The notes below the pieces were generated by a model. The model was not told the origin of the DNA. It was given only the letters and a program-made list of their open reading frames with translations, and ran no database searches. Positions 25,693 to 38,510 of a DNA stretch of 64,000 nucleotides are shown here, one piece after another; the stretch's first letter is position 1, and every line of letters begins with the position of its first letter. A program made the position numbers and the translations under genes. Location of the stretch: contig NC_058368.1 in the NCBI RefSeq assembly GCF_018350175.1, forward strand, positions 120,344,001 through 120,408,000, in the 5' to 3' direction. The DNA is from Felis catus (Eukaryota).

Positions 25693-26342
25693 GCACACAT
25701 ACATCTTTTCAGATATTAGAACTCAACTTTTTCAGCAACACTCGCATAATCTACTTTCAATCTCTTATGTCTTTTAAAAATTAAACCAATGTACCTGTTG
25801 GTATTCAAGAGCCGTGTAATTTGAATTTGCGCTATTTATATCCAGGCTGGGTAGTTTTCAAACAATGCACCACACTTATATTTCCAGGATTATCTCCTGA
25901 GAAGTGTAGAAGAGTTTATAAATTGCCACACCACACATTTTTTTTCTGAAAAACTGTCAGACTAAGCATCAGCTAGATTACTAAACAATAGTCCTTTATA
26001 ATTAAAGTCTTGTTGTCAACCAGACTATTTTATTACTGTGGTTTGCATCTTGCACATCATCAATGTGCGTATGTCTGACTTAGGAAAATACTTAGAATTG
26101 TCTTACGTTCCTTCAATATAAATGCACACCCTTTAAACTTTTTTTTGGCCAGTGGGGTATCAAGGCCCAATAGAAGGAATTCTGTCATTGCACAATAAGG
26201 AATTAATCACGTGAGTGATTAAAAATAAACTTATTTAGAAGAAATAATGATTATTAGTGGACAAAGCAATGGAGGTTTCATAAGCAGGTATTGTCCAAAC
26301 TCTCCATTTGCATCTTTCTATGGCTGAATATGCTTCTCTTTT

Positions 26343-26566
26343 TTAATGTCTATTTATAGTTGAGAAAGAGAGACAGAGAGAGAGAGAGAAAGAGAGAGAG
26401 AGAGTGAGTGAGGGAGGGGCAGAGAGATAGACACAGAATCCTAAGCAGGCTCCAAGCTCTGAGCTGTCAGCATAGAACCCAATGCAGGGCTGGAACTCAC
26501 CAGTCGCGAGATCATGACCTGAGCCAAAGTCAGATGCTTAACAAACTGAACCACCCACGTGCTCCC
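26343..26566 (-). mobile_element. Felid Can-SINE
   Basis: Reverse copy; TSD aatat(g/a)cttct(c/a)tttt. Confidence 0.95.
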
Positions 26567-26654
26567 AAATATACTTCTATTTTACTCATAACCTTAGGAT
26601 ATCTATTCTCTTTACTGTAAGCAGTATATCAGAAAAAAATATATTTATATTGTT

Positions 26655-26700
26655 TATATATAGATATAGATATAGATATAGATATAGATATATAGATATT
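26655..26700. repeat. (TATAGA)n simple repeat
   Basis: Seen directly. Confidence 0.9.
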
Positions 26701-27410
26701 ATATAATATAATGCAGTTACTATTGCAACATGTTCTTGACCCTTTTAGGTACTTGGTATCTCATGTTGCCAAGTTTTAGAAGTACTCTTTCTTTGTACTT
26801 CGTAGATTAGGTGCGTCTGAACTCTAAGGAGTGTGAGGTGTAGCTGAGAAGACCTCCTGTAGAAATAGTAGACATTACAACCCACCAGTCTGGGAGAGCT
26901 TTTTTTCTGAGGTTGTCACACATTCTTGCTTTACATTTCTTGCATTCCAGAGCTGTGTAAACTAACCTGGGCTGAACCCTGCGTTCTGAGTGATTTTTTT
27001 TGCCTAAATAGTTTCCCATTACACTTGCCATCAGCTACATAAATAATCCACCTTAGAAATGGTAGTCAGGGAGAAGACTCAAGACAAAAGTACTGAAAGT
27101 CAACCCTCTTCTCCAGAGGCTCGCAAGCAGTTACAGAAGATGCAGCAGACTCCAAGACGCCCCCTTGGTGTTGACTGTCAAAGAGAGAAGGATGCCTTGG
27201 ATAGATAGATTGGGCATTCTGCAGCCTCATCATTTTCATAAAGAGAACAGATCTCAGTATTGCAGACCTGAACCTGAACAAACAGGAATTTTCATCCCAT
27301 CTCTATCAAGCCCTGTTCCCCTTCTGATTGTTGACCCTAGTAAATTTATCCAAAAGAAGTACAAGATACTTATGGGCTTAAATTCTGGAAAAGATGTTCT
27401 TGTTTTGCAC

Positions 27411-27626
27411 TTTTTTAAAAAAATTTTTTTAAGCTTCTTTATTAGAGAGAGAGAGAGCGCACACAAACTGGGGAGAGGCAGAGAGAGAGTGAGACACAGA
27501 ATCCAAAACAGGCTCCAGGCTCTGAACTGTCAGCAGAGACTGATGCAGGCCTCAAACCCACAGATCCTGAGATCATGACCTGAGCCAAAGTCAGACACTT
27601 AATAGACTGAGTCAGGCAGGTGCCTC
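27411..27626 (-). mobile_element. Felid Can-SINE
   Basis: Reverse copy; degenerate TSD tcttgtttt(g/t)ca. Confidence 0.95.
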
Positions 27627-27989
27627 TCTTGTTTTTCATGTTTTAACTTCACTGTGGACATCACTTTATGAGATAGTAAAGAGGTGGCCATGTAGAGAAT
27701 AAGATTTGAATCTCAACTGTACCCTATATGTAAAATATGGATATTGATGTTTTCCCTAAAGTAATGTGCTTTGGATTGAATGTGATGATATACAGAGGGC
27801 TTAGCACATATTAATAGTTCAATGAATTACTATAATTGTTGATTTTCATTGCCTATATTATTGTAGGGTTTATGATGTTCTTCTAATAGAAGAATGTATT
27901 TCTATAGTGTCAACAGTACCAAATTACCTATAAAAGCACGAAGATTTCAGTAGTAAAAGAGTATTAAAAAAGTAAAAACCACATTTTCT

Positions 27990-28385
27990 CCAAGTAAAAA
28001 TAAAGTCTATATTGTTTTCTAGTTATAAAGCTAATGTATGCTCATGGTAATATTTAACATAAAAAGTTAATATGGTAGAAAGTAGATATGTCTCATAATT
28101 TTATACCTCCAAATTTGGGTTTATTCTTTACAATTTATGTAAATGTATATTCACACATATATGCAGGTATATAAATATGTAGTTTTTTTTACTCTTCTTC
28201 AACTCATTCGGTTTGGCTCTAAAATATGACCTAGAGATTTTCATCCTTCATCACACAGAAAGAGCTCATTATTCTTAAATTCGAGTCTTCTATTACTTTG
28301 GTAAGATATAATTTCATACATTGTAATGCTGGACATTAAGGTTATTTGAAATTTGTAGCAATCATAAACTATGATAAAATAAAAT
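27990..28385 (-). mobile_element. Old L1 (L1ME-like) 3' fragment
   Basis: aatgtatgctcatggtaa...ggacattaaggttatttga...ataaactatgataaa. Confidence 0.45.
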
Positions 28386-29296
28386 GTACATGCCAAAGAA
28401 TATCTGTTGATTTTTCTAATCTTTTACTAGAATTAATAAAGTATTTTTAACTGGATTTATATTATGATTCTTTTTATACTAATAACGAACAAGATAGCAT
28501 TTTAAACATTTTAAAGCCACTTAAATTCTAGTACATATTTTAAAGGCCAGAGTGTTCTTTGCCCACATCACAGCAAAAGTTTAAGCACATATTTGCAGGA
28601 TATATCTTGAAAGAGAGAAATGTGTCAAAATGAGATAAACGAAGATATTTCATTGACATTTACCATCAGATGAAGTAGACATTGCCGTGCATGTAGGAAA
28701 AATGGAGGCACTCAAGGCATATATTTGGGGGATTTAAGGAGAAAAAGTGACTCTAGCCAGTCTTCATGATAATCAAAAGAGGAATATGGTATGAGAGGGT
28801 CCTAAGTGGAAATGAATTCCATTGTGATAAATGGTTTTGTTTTCTTTTAATACTCACAAATAGTGAAATATATTTTAGAATGCATGATAAATCTTAACAA
28901 AGCAGACAAGGTACCAGAAACTGACTGTAGGTAAATACCATGCCAATTTTCATTTAAAAAATGATCTCAAAAACTATAAACTAGCACACCTGATTTTGAT
29001 CACAAGGAAAAATTCACAGGTAGATTCCTATTTATGGCGAGATTTGTGAGTATATGGAAAACAAAGTGGGGCCCACTTGGCATCCATGGCCATTCATAAT
29101 GAACAAATCATATTATTAATGGTCCAACTTGTAAGTTTTTCTAAATTTGCAGATTATATGAGTTTCATCAATACGTTTTATCAGAAGTATCAGCAGAAAA
29201 TTTTAACAAAGTCATTCTTGCTTTACTGTGGGTAAGATGATGTGTGAATTACCAGATTTTTAAGTCCTTAGAAGAATGAGTGTAAGGTCAATCCTT

Positions 29297-30015
29297 TTTT
29301 TTTTTTATATAAAATCTGACAACTTTATTCTATTAATGTCTTATCCATTTATATTTAATATAATTACCATTATGATTTAAATATATCACATTGCTATTTA
29401 TTTTCTTTTTTTTTTATATGAAATTTATTGACAAATTGGTTTCCATACAACACCCAGTGCTCATCCCAAAAGGTGCCCTCCTCAATACCCATCACCCACC
29501 CTCTCCTCCCTCCCACCCCCCATCAACCCTCAGTTTGTTCTCAGTTTTTAACAGTCTCTTATGCTTTGGCTCTCTCCCACTCTAACCTCTTTTTTTTTTT
29601 TTCCTTCCCCTCCCCCATGGGTTCCTGTTAAGTTTCTCAGGATCCACATAAGAGTGAAACCATATGGTATCTGTCTTTCTCTGTATGGCTTATTTCACTT
29701 AGCATCACACTCTCCAGTTCCATCCACGTTGCTACAAAAGGCCATATTTCATTTTTTCTCATTGCCACGTAATATTCCATTGTGTATATAAACCACAATT
29801 TCTTTATCCATTCATCAGTTGATGGACATTTAGGCTCTTTCCATAATTTGGCTATTGTTGAGAGTGCTGCTATGAACATTGGGGTACAAGTGGCCCTATG
29901 CATCAGTACTCCTGTATCCCTTGGATAAATTCCTAGCAGTGCTATTGCTGGGTCATAGGGTAGGTCTATTTTTAATTTTATGAGGAACCTCCACACTGCT
30001 TTCCAGAGCGGCTGC
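29297..30015 (-). mobile_element. Young feline LINE-1 (L1_Fc-like), 5'-truncated, with 3' transduction
   Basis: Uninterrupted ORF2 C-terminus; feline 3'UTR; own A tail at ~29397-29415; second tail at 29295-29306; perfect 16-bp TSD tgtaaggtcaatcctt (29281-29296, 30016-30031). Confidence 0.96.
29637..30015 (-). pseudogene. LINE-1 ORF2p C-terminal fragment (no start; frame intact)
   Basis: QPLWKAVWRFL...YDPAIALLGIYP...CTPMFIAALSTIAKLWKEPKCPSTDEWIKKLW...TWMELESVMLSEIS is the canonical L1 ORF2 C-terminus. Confidence 0.95.
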
Positions 30016-30639
30016 TGTAAGGTCAATCCTTACTGATTTTTTTTTATGAAGCTTTCATCAGTTACTTGGGTGAAACCACAGGTGAACTCTGTTTCAGATG
30101 ACTCAAGGCTAGCAGGAAGAAATAGGTGCAGAATCAAAACTTTTACAGAGTGATGTAAAACATGACTGGGAATTAAAAAAATCATAACCTTGAAATCTTA
30201 GAATTTAGTATTACAACCAACTTCCCCCTTTGGTTCCATCATGCTGTTAAATTCAATGAAGGAAACGGTTCCTGTCCAGAGAATCACACAAAATTTGAAA
30301 TAACTGGGCTACAGTTTTAAATCCATTAAAAGTAAAACGTTTGTTCTTGGGAACGTTAATTAATAATTTATCTTGGAAATAAGAATTCCCACTGGTATTG
30401 TTCATAGAGAGATGAAGTAAAATAATTTCTGCCTTTCTTCATTTTTCTTCTCCTTTGTTCCTATCAGAGTATTTATTGAGAGCCAACTTTATGACAGGTG
30501 CTCTGGTAGATGCTATAGAAAATTTTCTCAAAGATTAAGTTAGTCAAGTGCCCTGCCACCAAAGTCTATAAGTATATAATTTTGATCATGTATTGTATTG
30601 TACAGAGAAAGGACTTCAGAATAAAAAAAAAAAATGTTC

Positions 30640-30775
30640 AGGGCACTTGGGTGGCACAGTCGGTTAAGCATCTGACTTAAGCTCAGGTCATGATCTCACT
30701 GTTGATGAAATCGAGCCTGGAATAGTGCTCTCTCCCTTTATCTCTCTCTGTCCCTCTCCTGCCCCCATGTGTGCG

Positions 30776-30810
<35 letters not shown>

Positions 30811-30833
30811 AAAATAAATAAACATTAAAAAAT
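30640..30833 (+). mobile_element. Can-SINE with internal deletion
   Basis: gggcacttgggtggcacagtcgg head; the ctgacag...ggattc middle segment is missing; (CT)n and A tail present. Confidence 0.9.
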
Positions 30834-31009
30834 AGACAAACAGTACAATAAAACCCTTTGTGTCCATTTTATACCTTCAACAGTTATCAATGGGTTTGCT
30901 CATAAGTAATTTTTCTTGCTTTTCTTAATTTGTTTATATTATCATTATCTTCGCCTTCAAATACTATTATGCTTTTGATTCTATCTTTTACCCAAAAACA
31001 ACTGAGGAC

Positions 31010-31280
31010 AGAGAGAATAGCAAAGTGGTTAAACATACATACACACATCGTAATTAGACTGTTTGGTTAAGTCCCACATGCATAGATTGCTAGCTGAGTA
31101 GCTTGGTGCATCTTAATATAGTCTCTTTCTTGCCATAAGCTTTTTCACCTGTAAAATGGTAATGATAACAGTATGTACTTAAAAAAAGATTTTGTGAGGA
31201 TTAAATGAGCTGATTAAGACAAAATCTCAGCATGCTGAAAATATGTAGTAAACATTCAGTAAATGTTAGCTATTATTATT
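31010..31280 (+). mobile_element. MIR
   Basis: gtggttaa...ttcacctgtaaaatggtaatgataacagta...ttgtgaggattaaatgag...cagtaaatgttagctattatt. Confidence 0.85.
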
Positions 31281-31669
31281 CTAATTTCCAAGTTACTTGA
31301 ATTGATTTGTTTTTGCTGGTGTTGTTAATTTGTGGCTTTATGGCATTGATTGTGGAGAAAGTAGACTACAACATTACTTTTCTTGATTCTTGATTTATTG
31401 ATTGAAATTATGCTTCTGGAATAATTCAAGGCGGTGTTTTGCAAATATTCTATGGATCCTTAAAAGAGGATCTATTCTCACTTTATAGAGTAGAGAACTT
31501 CAGTGAATATCTATAAGTCAGCTTAATTAATTATTTTTCCACTTCCATGTTTATTTATAGCTTATTTGATCTTTTAAAAATTGAAGACTTTTTTAAAGTC
31601 TCCCCTAAGATCATACTTCATATACCTCTTGACACCTGTTTTCTTTCTTCACATAACCAACTAAAGTAC

Positions 31670-32820
31670 CTCAAGGATGACAGCAGGTCACTTTCTCATA
31701 TCCCTGTTCTCATCTCTTAGAGGGCACTGATTCAATGTCTCAGGGATTTGCCAATGCCATTCCATTAATCTGGAGCTCCCTTACCACTTTATCCTTCCCC
31801 TAGATAAAAGCTATACGTCCTTAAAGTCTTAAATTCACTGACCCCCTCATATATTAGGTCCAGGTTTTAAGTGTTTCCCATAGCATTCTGTGCTTTTTCT
31901 TCGAAAGTTATCAATTACTTGTTGAAGACTAGCTACCTCTAGACTGTAAACTGATGAATGGTGGGTCATGGTCTATTTTGTTCACCCCTGAATGCTAAAA
32001 ACTCTACACAGAACCTGGCCACAGAAGTTTATACAGTTGACTTTGAAGCTGAATGGCGGAGTCAGAATTCCTCAGTGTGAACATTAGTTTTGCCACTTAC
32101 TAACTGTGTGGCTTGGGCAAGGCACTTAGCTTTTTTGGAATTGATTTCCTTACATCTAAAATGGAAAAGTGGAGGTGGTTACTGGTGTCTACCTTATAGA
32201 GTCATTATGAAGGTTCAAAGAGATGCATTCAGATAACAATTAAAGCCTTGGTGGCTGTGTGCCACGCATGTTCTAGGTCCTGGGGATGTGGCAATAACAA
32301 GACGGAAGAGGTCCATGCTCTCATACCAAGCACACCAAGTTTATCTTCCAAGGGGAGAGCAAACAGAGGGGAAAAAAGAGACAAATACTCAATATATGTT
32401 AAAGAGTGATCCTGGACCTTAAAAGGAGAAGGAAAAGAAAAGGGGGAAGAAGAGAAAAAGTGTGGGGAGAGCAAGTGGGTTTAGAAATGTGGGAAACATA
32501 CACTGAATGTTCAGGGATGGCCCTTCTGTGGATCTGATATTTAAGCTGAGATGTGAATGGCAAAAAGGAACTAGTTGTGTGAATAACTGAGGGGAGAACA
32601 TTCTAGTCAGATGGTTCAGTAAACCTCTGCCATAGAAATGAGCTTTGGGTACCGAGGGACAGCAAGAAAGCTGAGGCAGCTGGAATACAATAAGCCAGAT
32701 GGAAAGTATCAACAATTCTATATTATAGGCAATGCAGTGGGGGAGGGAAAGGAGCCAGAAGGTCCTTAAAATCCTGACCGGTGCATAGCAAGGGCTCAGT
32801 AAATGTTAGTTGCTAGTGTT
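31670..32820. mobile_element. Cluster of L2 (+, ~31670-32030), MIR (+, ~32040-32240) and L2 (-, ~32250-32720)
   Basis: ctagactgtaaact...ttttgttcacccctg; ccacttactaactgtgtggcttgggcaag; ttctaggtcctggggat...aacaagac. Confidence 0.7.
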
Positions 32821-33927
32821 GTCATGGTTATGGTTTCAGTTATTGGAAATGATAATTTTTGAATGAATAAATCAGTGCTTGAATAGAAATAAATATGCTT
32901 GCTCTTGGGGAGGATGAAAAAAATGGGGCACAGGATGAATAAGGAACTTAAGAAAGTCCATGCGTCCTTTGCCTACTGCAAACATGTAATAAGGTTTGAA
33001 GCTAGAAAAGTAAACCTGATTTTGCTCTGAAGAAACCGCAGGGAACTGTAAGATGAAGGTGAAGAATCCCCCTGCCCTGAAAGGAGTACAACTAAAATAC
33101 TGTGTTCATTGAGTGGACGCAGGATGTATCATAAACAGTTGCGGTGGAAATCTGTGAGTGTAGCCTAATTGTTACAGACTTCGTTTCTTCTTTGTTGGGT
33201 TATATACGCCGCTTTTCTCTGGAGTCACCCTCTGTCTCTCCTTTGATCACATGTAACACTGGTGGGGTGGCTTCTGTCTCAAGTCTGGCCGTTTCCAATA
33301 TTTCCATAGCTGATCGACAAGGTCAAAGATTACATGATAGAAGCTTGTTTTATCTTGAGTCGGTTCTGGAGCTTTGGAGGCAACCACTTGGGGGAGGTAT
33401 TCTTTTCCACTGGGTATGATGTAATTGCAATATTGGCACCGACTTTGTGGCCTCAAGAGGAGCTTCAGCTTAAAAACAGAGGCAGGAAAGAAATCAGGCC
33501 TAGAGACAGAACTGAAGACATTGTTGAGCACTTCTGTACCACCTTGCTTAAATACCCCGAAACTTTTTCATTCTTGTTACAATAAATTATACTTAAGCTC
33601 TTCTGGCTCTTGGAAAAGAACAAGTGTTGACTGGAAGAGAGGTTTTAAAAGATGGATGATATTTGGACATCAAAACACAGATTATATGAAAATGTGAAAA
33701 ATATCTAAATCATACTAAATGCTAAACAAATGTAAGATGGCTTTTTAGGTAACCAGCCAGACTTGGCTATAACTATATGTGCTTTGAGAGTTTATTATTT
33801 TTTTTTCTTAACAGAAGAGATATGGGTGACCCTTCTACATGTTAACTCTTGTATCCTTTTCCTTAAGCGCTTTTACTTAATATGCCCTCCGGCTTCTCCT
33901 AGCGCTTGAACATTTCAAAAGAGAGCA

Positions 33928-34449
33928 TGTCAAGGCAAAACTTGCATCAAAGTGAAACACGCAAGGGAGGCTTTACTCAAGCTGTTTGCACTAGGTGAGA
34001 GAGGCCAGAACTGGGTGTGAAATAAACTCTGCTTAAACAAAATACAGGAGAGTTTTGAAAGCAGGGGTTAAGGGTGGGGTGGGGGGAGAGGTTTATCATA
34101 GACCATCTGTATTGTTTGCTGGTCTTACCAGAGGAAAAGTCTACATTATTGAGTCTTCATGTGTCTTTTATACCTTGGAGCAAGGAATGCACCAAAGTTC
34201 AACTTCCAGCCTGCCAGGGAAACATAGGAAATGTGAGGCAAACTCCCTTAATGTGCACATTTCAAGGGCTCCCGGGTCCTTGAGAAAGACCAGTCCCAAG
34301 TGTCAAGATACAAAATATTTGTCTCTTAAAGGAACAAAGAAAGAATTAGAATTACAAGTTTTCTAGAGAAAATGCTTCAAGAAAAGGGAGGTCAGCAAGA
34401 AAAAGCCTGTTTCATGTAGCTGAGGGAAATGTTAGGGCTTTCTTGGTCA
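33928..34449 (-). mobile_element. ERV1 solo LTR (MER67/MER31-like)
   Basis: TG...CA termini; reverse complement begins tgaccaag...ccctcagct...ctgacctcccttttctt...gaaaacttgtaatt; flanks agca/acca resemble a 4-bp TSD. Confidence 0.75.
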
Positions 34450-34889
34450 ACCAAAATGAGATGCACTGAACGTTTCCCCCAAGCACTGTCTTTGTGTGCT
34501 CAGCTAAAGCAGCTGCATAAATGAATCCAGCTAGCCTCTTTTTGGTTTTGCTCACTTGTAAAGCTATTGAAACTGGATTCATTTCCCTGGGAACATAAAT
34601 TGAGCCCCAACCTGGACTCTCTTGCAAGATTACACTGGTGAAAATGACAGCTTATCCTCTGCAGACAGAAATTTCCATACAATCGCCACCTGCAACATTG
34701 CAAAAGTATCTTGCATGGTTATTGCAAGGACAAGAAAAAAAAGTGTATGTAACAACTGACATTGTAACTGACACCTAGTGGATACTCATTACTCATTTTA
34801 CAAAGTTACATTTTGAATTAAAGAATTGAATGATTATTCAAACAATTTGTGTACTGGAGTCCTTAGACTGAATTTTGCCTACAGCCAGG

Positions 34890-35660
34890 TTTTTTTTTTC
34901 TATTTGTATGGTGATTTGCTTATTGCATATACACATGTTTATTTGGTTTTATAGATTTAGATTAGTTTACAATATTTTTAAATTGGAGGATTCCACAGTC
35001 TAAATGGAGCGATTTCCTTTTTGATGGATATTAGATTGTCTCCAAATTTTTGCTAATGTAAACAAAGTTTGAACATGCCTTCTATTAAAGACCAGTGAGT
35101 GTTGCTAGGGTAGATTCTGGGATGTTACACTGTTAGACCGTAGGAGCATAGGCAGTTAACATTTTAACAGAGGTGACCAAATTGCCCTCCAAAGCCCTTG
35201 AACTGATATATGTATGGTCTCACCCATATATGTAGTGGTTCTTTTTGCCTCACAACTCCTCTTAGGCTTTATAGTGTTTTTTTGCCCCCAACTTAGTAGA
35301 TTAAAATTTTATTTTATTATTTTGTGTTATACTTTCTTGTGAGGCACTTTCTTGTGAGGCACACCCCTTAAACTTTTTGATGGTTGTGTCTCCCTTTCTT
35401 TTATTTTTTTAAATTTTTTTTATTTTTGAGAGAGGGCACAAGCAGGGAGGGGCAGAGAGAGAGGGAGACACAGAATCCGAAGCAGGTTCCAGGCTCTGAG
35501 CTGTCAGCAGAGAGCCCAACATGGGGTTCGAACTCACGAATTGTGAGATCATGACCTGAGCCAAATTCAGATGCTTAACTAACTGAACCACCCATGTAAT
35601 CCTGTGTGTCCTTGTCTGTGAATTCCCTCAATTTATTCTTTTTCAACTTTTCTATGGAAG
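34890..35660 (-). mobile_element. Old L1 (L1ME-like) fragment carrying a SINE
   Basis: ttgatggatattagattgtctccaaatttttgcta...ccaaattgccctccaaag. Confidence 0.65.
35401..35602 (-). mobile_element. Felid Can-SINE
   Basis: gagacacagaatccgaagcagg...gagatcatgacctgagcc. Confidence 0.95.
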
Positions 35661-37587
35661 AGGAATCTCTAGATTTTTTAAATGCCCTTCTCTTCTGAAA
35701 TGTTCCCCACCCTCCCACCTAGTTCCTCCTCCCTATGCTCCTCATTAGTGACTCACATCATTGTTGTAATCAGTTTCTTCTTTAGATCCACCCAGTGGAA
35801 TTTGTTTAAGCTTTAATACATTTATCAGATGACTTTCATGAATGTCAGGTGATGCCCTGGCAACACAAGAATGCCAAAAAGAAAGGAGTACCTGGATTGG
35901 AGGGGCTGGCTTAATAAAATAGAAGAGGTGGGGGGGGGGTGTATGGGAAATAAGCATTGCTATCCTCTCGATTTTTAGGAGAATAAATCTGATGTACGGT
36001 AAATGTTTGTTCAACGAATGAGTATAGTGCAGCTTTGGATAATGGATTATTACAAATGTAATCAGTTCGCATTCTTGTATGCCTCTAATCAAATTTGTCC
36101 TTTATGACAATGAGCCGATTCCAGGGGCCCGCTTGCTCTCATTATGTTAATCCCCTAGGAGAACATGTATTTGACAGAGCACTTCAAAGTGTTTTTCTGT
36201 AAGCTTTCTCCTTGGTCACCCTTAATACCTCTGCTGGTGAAATGAGGGAGAGGGGCTTTGCTTGTTTGCCTTCAGTTTGTTAGTTTGTTTTCCACCTCCA
36301 TTCCCAAGCCAAGCCAGTTATTTTCCTTTACCCATTTTGCACTTTCCAACTCAAAGAGAAGAGAGGAAAAAAAAATAGAATATCGAGTTGTCAGCAAACA
36401 CTCTGTCTTAAATAATTGAATAACAAGCACTATTATCCCAAAATACCTCCAAAAAAGATGTGCAGCAGATAAAGAGGAAAACAAAAATCTCTGCCTTCTA
36501 CAGGGCAAACTGGGTGACAGCCTGAAACTTCACGTTCGTGACAACGTGCAAAATAGTATATCCACATCCATGCTTTATATATGCTTATTTAATACAGATG
36601 GCTGGTGCAAAATAGGTCATCATTTCTGAGATGCCTGAACTGTCTGCATTCAACTAATAGGGCCAAGGAAATACGTGAGCATAGCATGAATTTGTCTGTC
36701 TCCCGGCCCCCATCCCAGGATTTGATTTTTGTCATTGTTTATTCAATTGGAAACTAAATCAATTTATAAAATGAAGGGAGAGAAGCAACCTATCCTTGAG
36801 TGGGTAGCTCCCATTTAAATTTTGTTTACAGTGGGTTATTGAAATGCTTTGGTTTGGCCCTATTTTAAGTAACTCTGCTACTTCTCTTGGGAGAGCCTGC
36901 TAGTTTAAAGACTTGCCTATTAGGAAAACTTTGCTGATACTCAGACTAACTCAACAACTTCTCTTTTTCTCTAATTGCTCCCTCTCTCTCTTGGGCTCCT
37001 TTGAGACCCACAGTGTGAGCGAGCACCGCTCCTGATTGCCTGCTGGCTTTCACTCGGCAGTGCTGGGTCTGCGGCTCTCCAACTGAAGGCCCGCCATTCC
37101 TCCATGAAACTGTCCTTCCCTCGTTAGATGTCCTAAAACATGGACTCTCTTATCTAATGTCTTTAGAACGACAAAGTGGTAGAGCTGGAAAGACTTTTAA
37201 ACACTTCCAGAACTCCCCTTTTTCTCTTTGCAAATGAGAAAAACATAATCCAGGTATGTCAAGGGACTGACCTCGCCAGATGAGTACCTGGTGAGAGAAG
37301 GAAGGGCAGGTAGGAGCTCAAGCCTGCAACGCTGAGATGGAAACAAACAAGCAGAAATAACCACAGGCAAGTGGTATAAATATGTGAAGTGGGTTGGGTA
37401 TATGACAATAGTTGGGGAGTTGGAGGGTGAAGTAGTGATGATCGGGAGAGGTAGGACCACGTGAAGGAGGCAGCTGCTAGTCAAAATCACTTTTGTCAGC
37501 TATTCTGAGCCTTCATGAAAAAGCTACTTTCTGAATTTTTGTGTGACATACCATGATTTTAAAAATATTTTGAAGTACTTAAGATCA

Positions 37588-37909
37588 CCTTTGACCCTTA
37601 ACAACATGGATTTGAATTGAGCGAGTCCACTTATATGCAGAATTTTTTTCCAATAAATATACGCACAATACTGTAAACGTATTTACTTTTCCTTAGGATT
37701 TTCTTAATAATGTTTTCTCAGTTTGCTGTAAGAATATACGTAATACATACACAAAACTATGTTAATCAACTATTTATGTTATCAGTAAGCCTCCCAGTCA
37801 CCAGTAGGGTAGTAGTAGTTAAATTTGGGGGGAGTCAAAAGTTACATGAAGATTTCAATATGTGCTGAGGGTCAGTGCTCCCAACCGCTGCATTGTTCAG
37901 GGTCAAATG
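37588..37909. mobile_element. Tigger2a/MER28-like TcMar MITE
   Basis: Inverted termini ttgacccttaacaacat... and ...ttgttcagggtcaaatg(ta); internal gtccacttata, ggggggagtcaaaagttaca. Confidence 0.85.
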
Positions 37910-38107
37910 TATTTTAAAACACTCTTCAGATAAAATAAACATGATTGAATCCAGCCTGCAGGGCAGTAGTTTATAAATAGTACTATAGAATTTCATACAG
38001 TTTCTCCTACATTTGCAGAATGGTGTTAAGAATTAGAAGTATCCTGATGGTTAGGACATCCACCTACCTCAGATTATGGATGTGGAGCTTAAAGAAAAGG
38101 GGAAGAA

Positions 38108-38510
38108 TGTAATAGTTTCAATTATTGGTCATCCTCTCCCATGTTATGGCCACATAGTGATGAAGACAAGCCCCACCCCGCCCCCCTTGCTTTGGCCATT
38201 TTGGCAAACAGACGTGACACTAGAACCTGAAATGAACTTGTCTGATTGAGCATGTCTTTTGTATTCCTGTCTTTGGCCATGGATAGGATGTGCTTTAGTC
38301 AACACTGGCTTGAGGAGGATACGTGACATGTGGAACAGAGCTGAACTCACACAGTAGCTTAGAGCTGAGCCCAGGTGAGGTCAGCCAAGATCGGCCAAAT
38401 GCCAGCCAACCTGCATGCACATGCTTTTGCAGAATAAATAAGTGCCTGTTGTTTTAATCCATTGACGATGTGTGGTTTTATATCACACAGTAAGTAATAA
38501 CTAACCAATA
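38108..38510 (+). mobile_element. MaLR solo LTR (MLT1I/J-like) inserted in a MIR
   Basis: gctttggcca...acatgtggaacagagctg...gaataaataagtgcctgttgttttaatcca...aactaaccaata. Confidence 0.7.
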
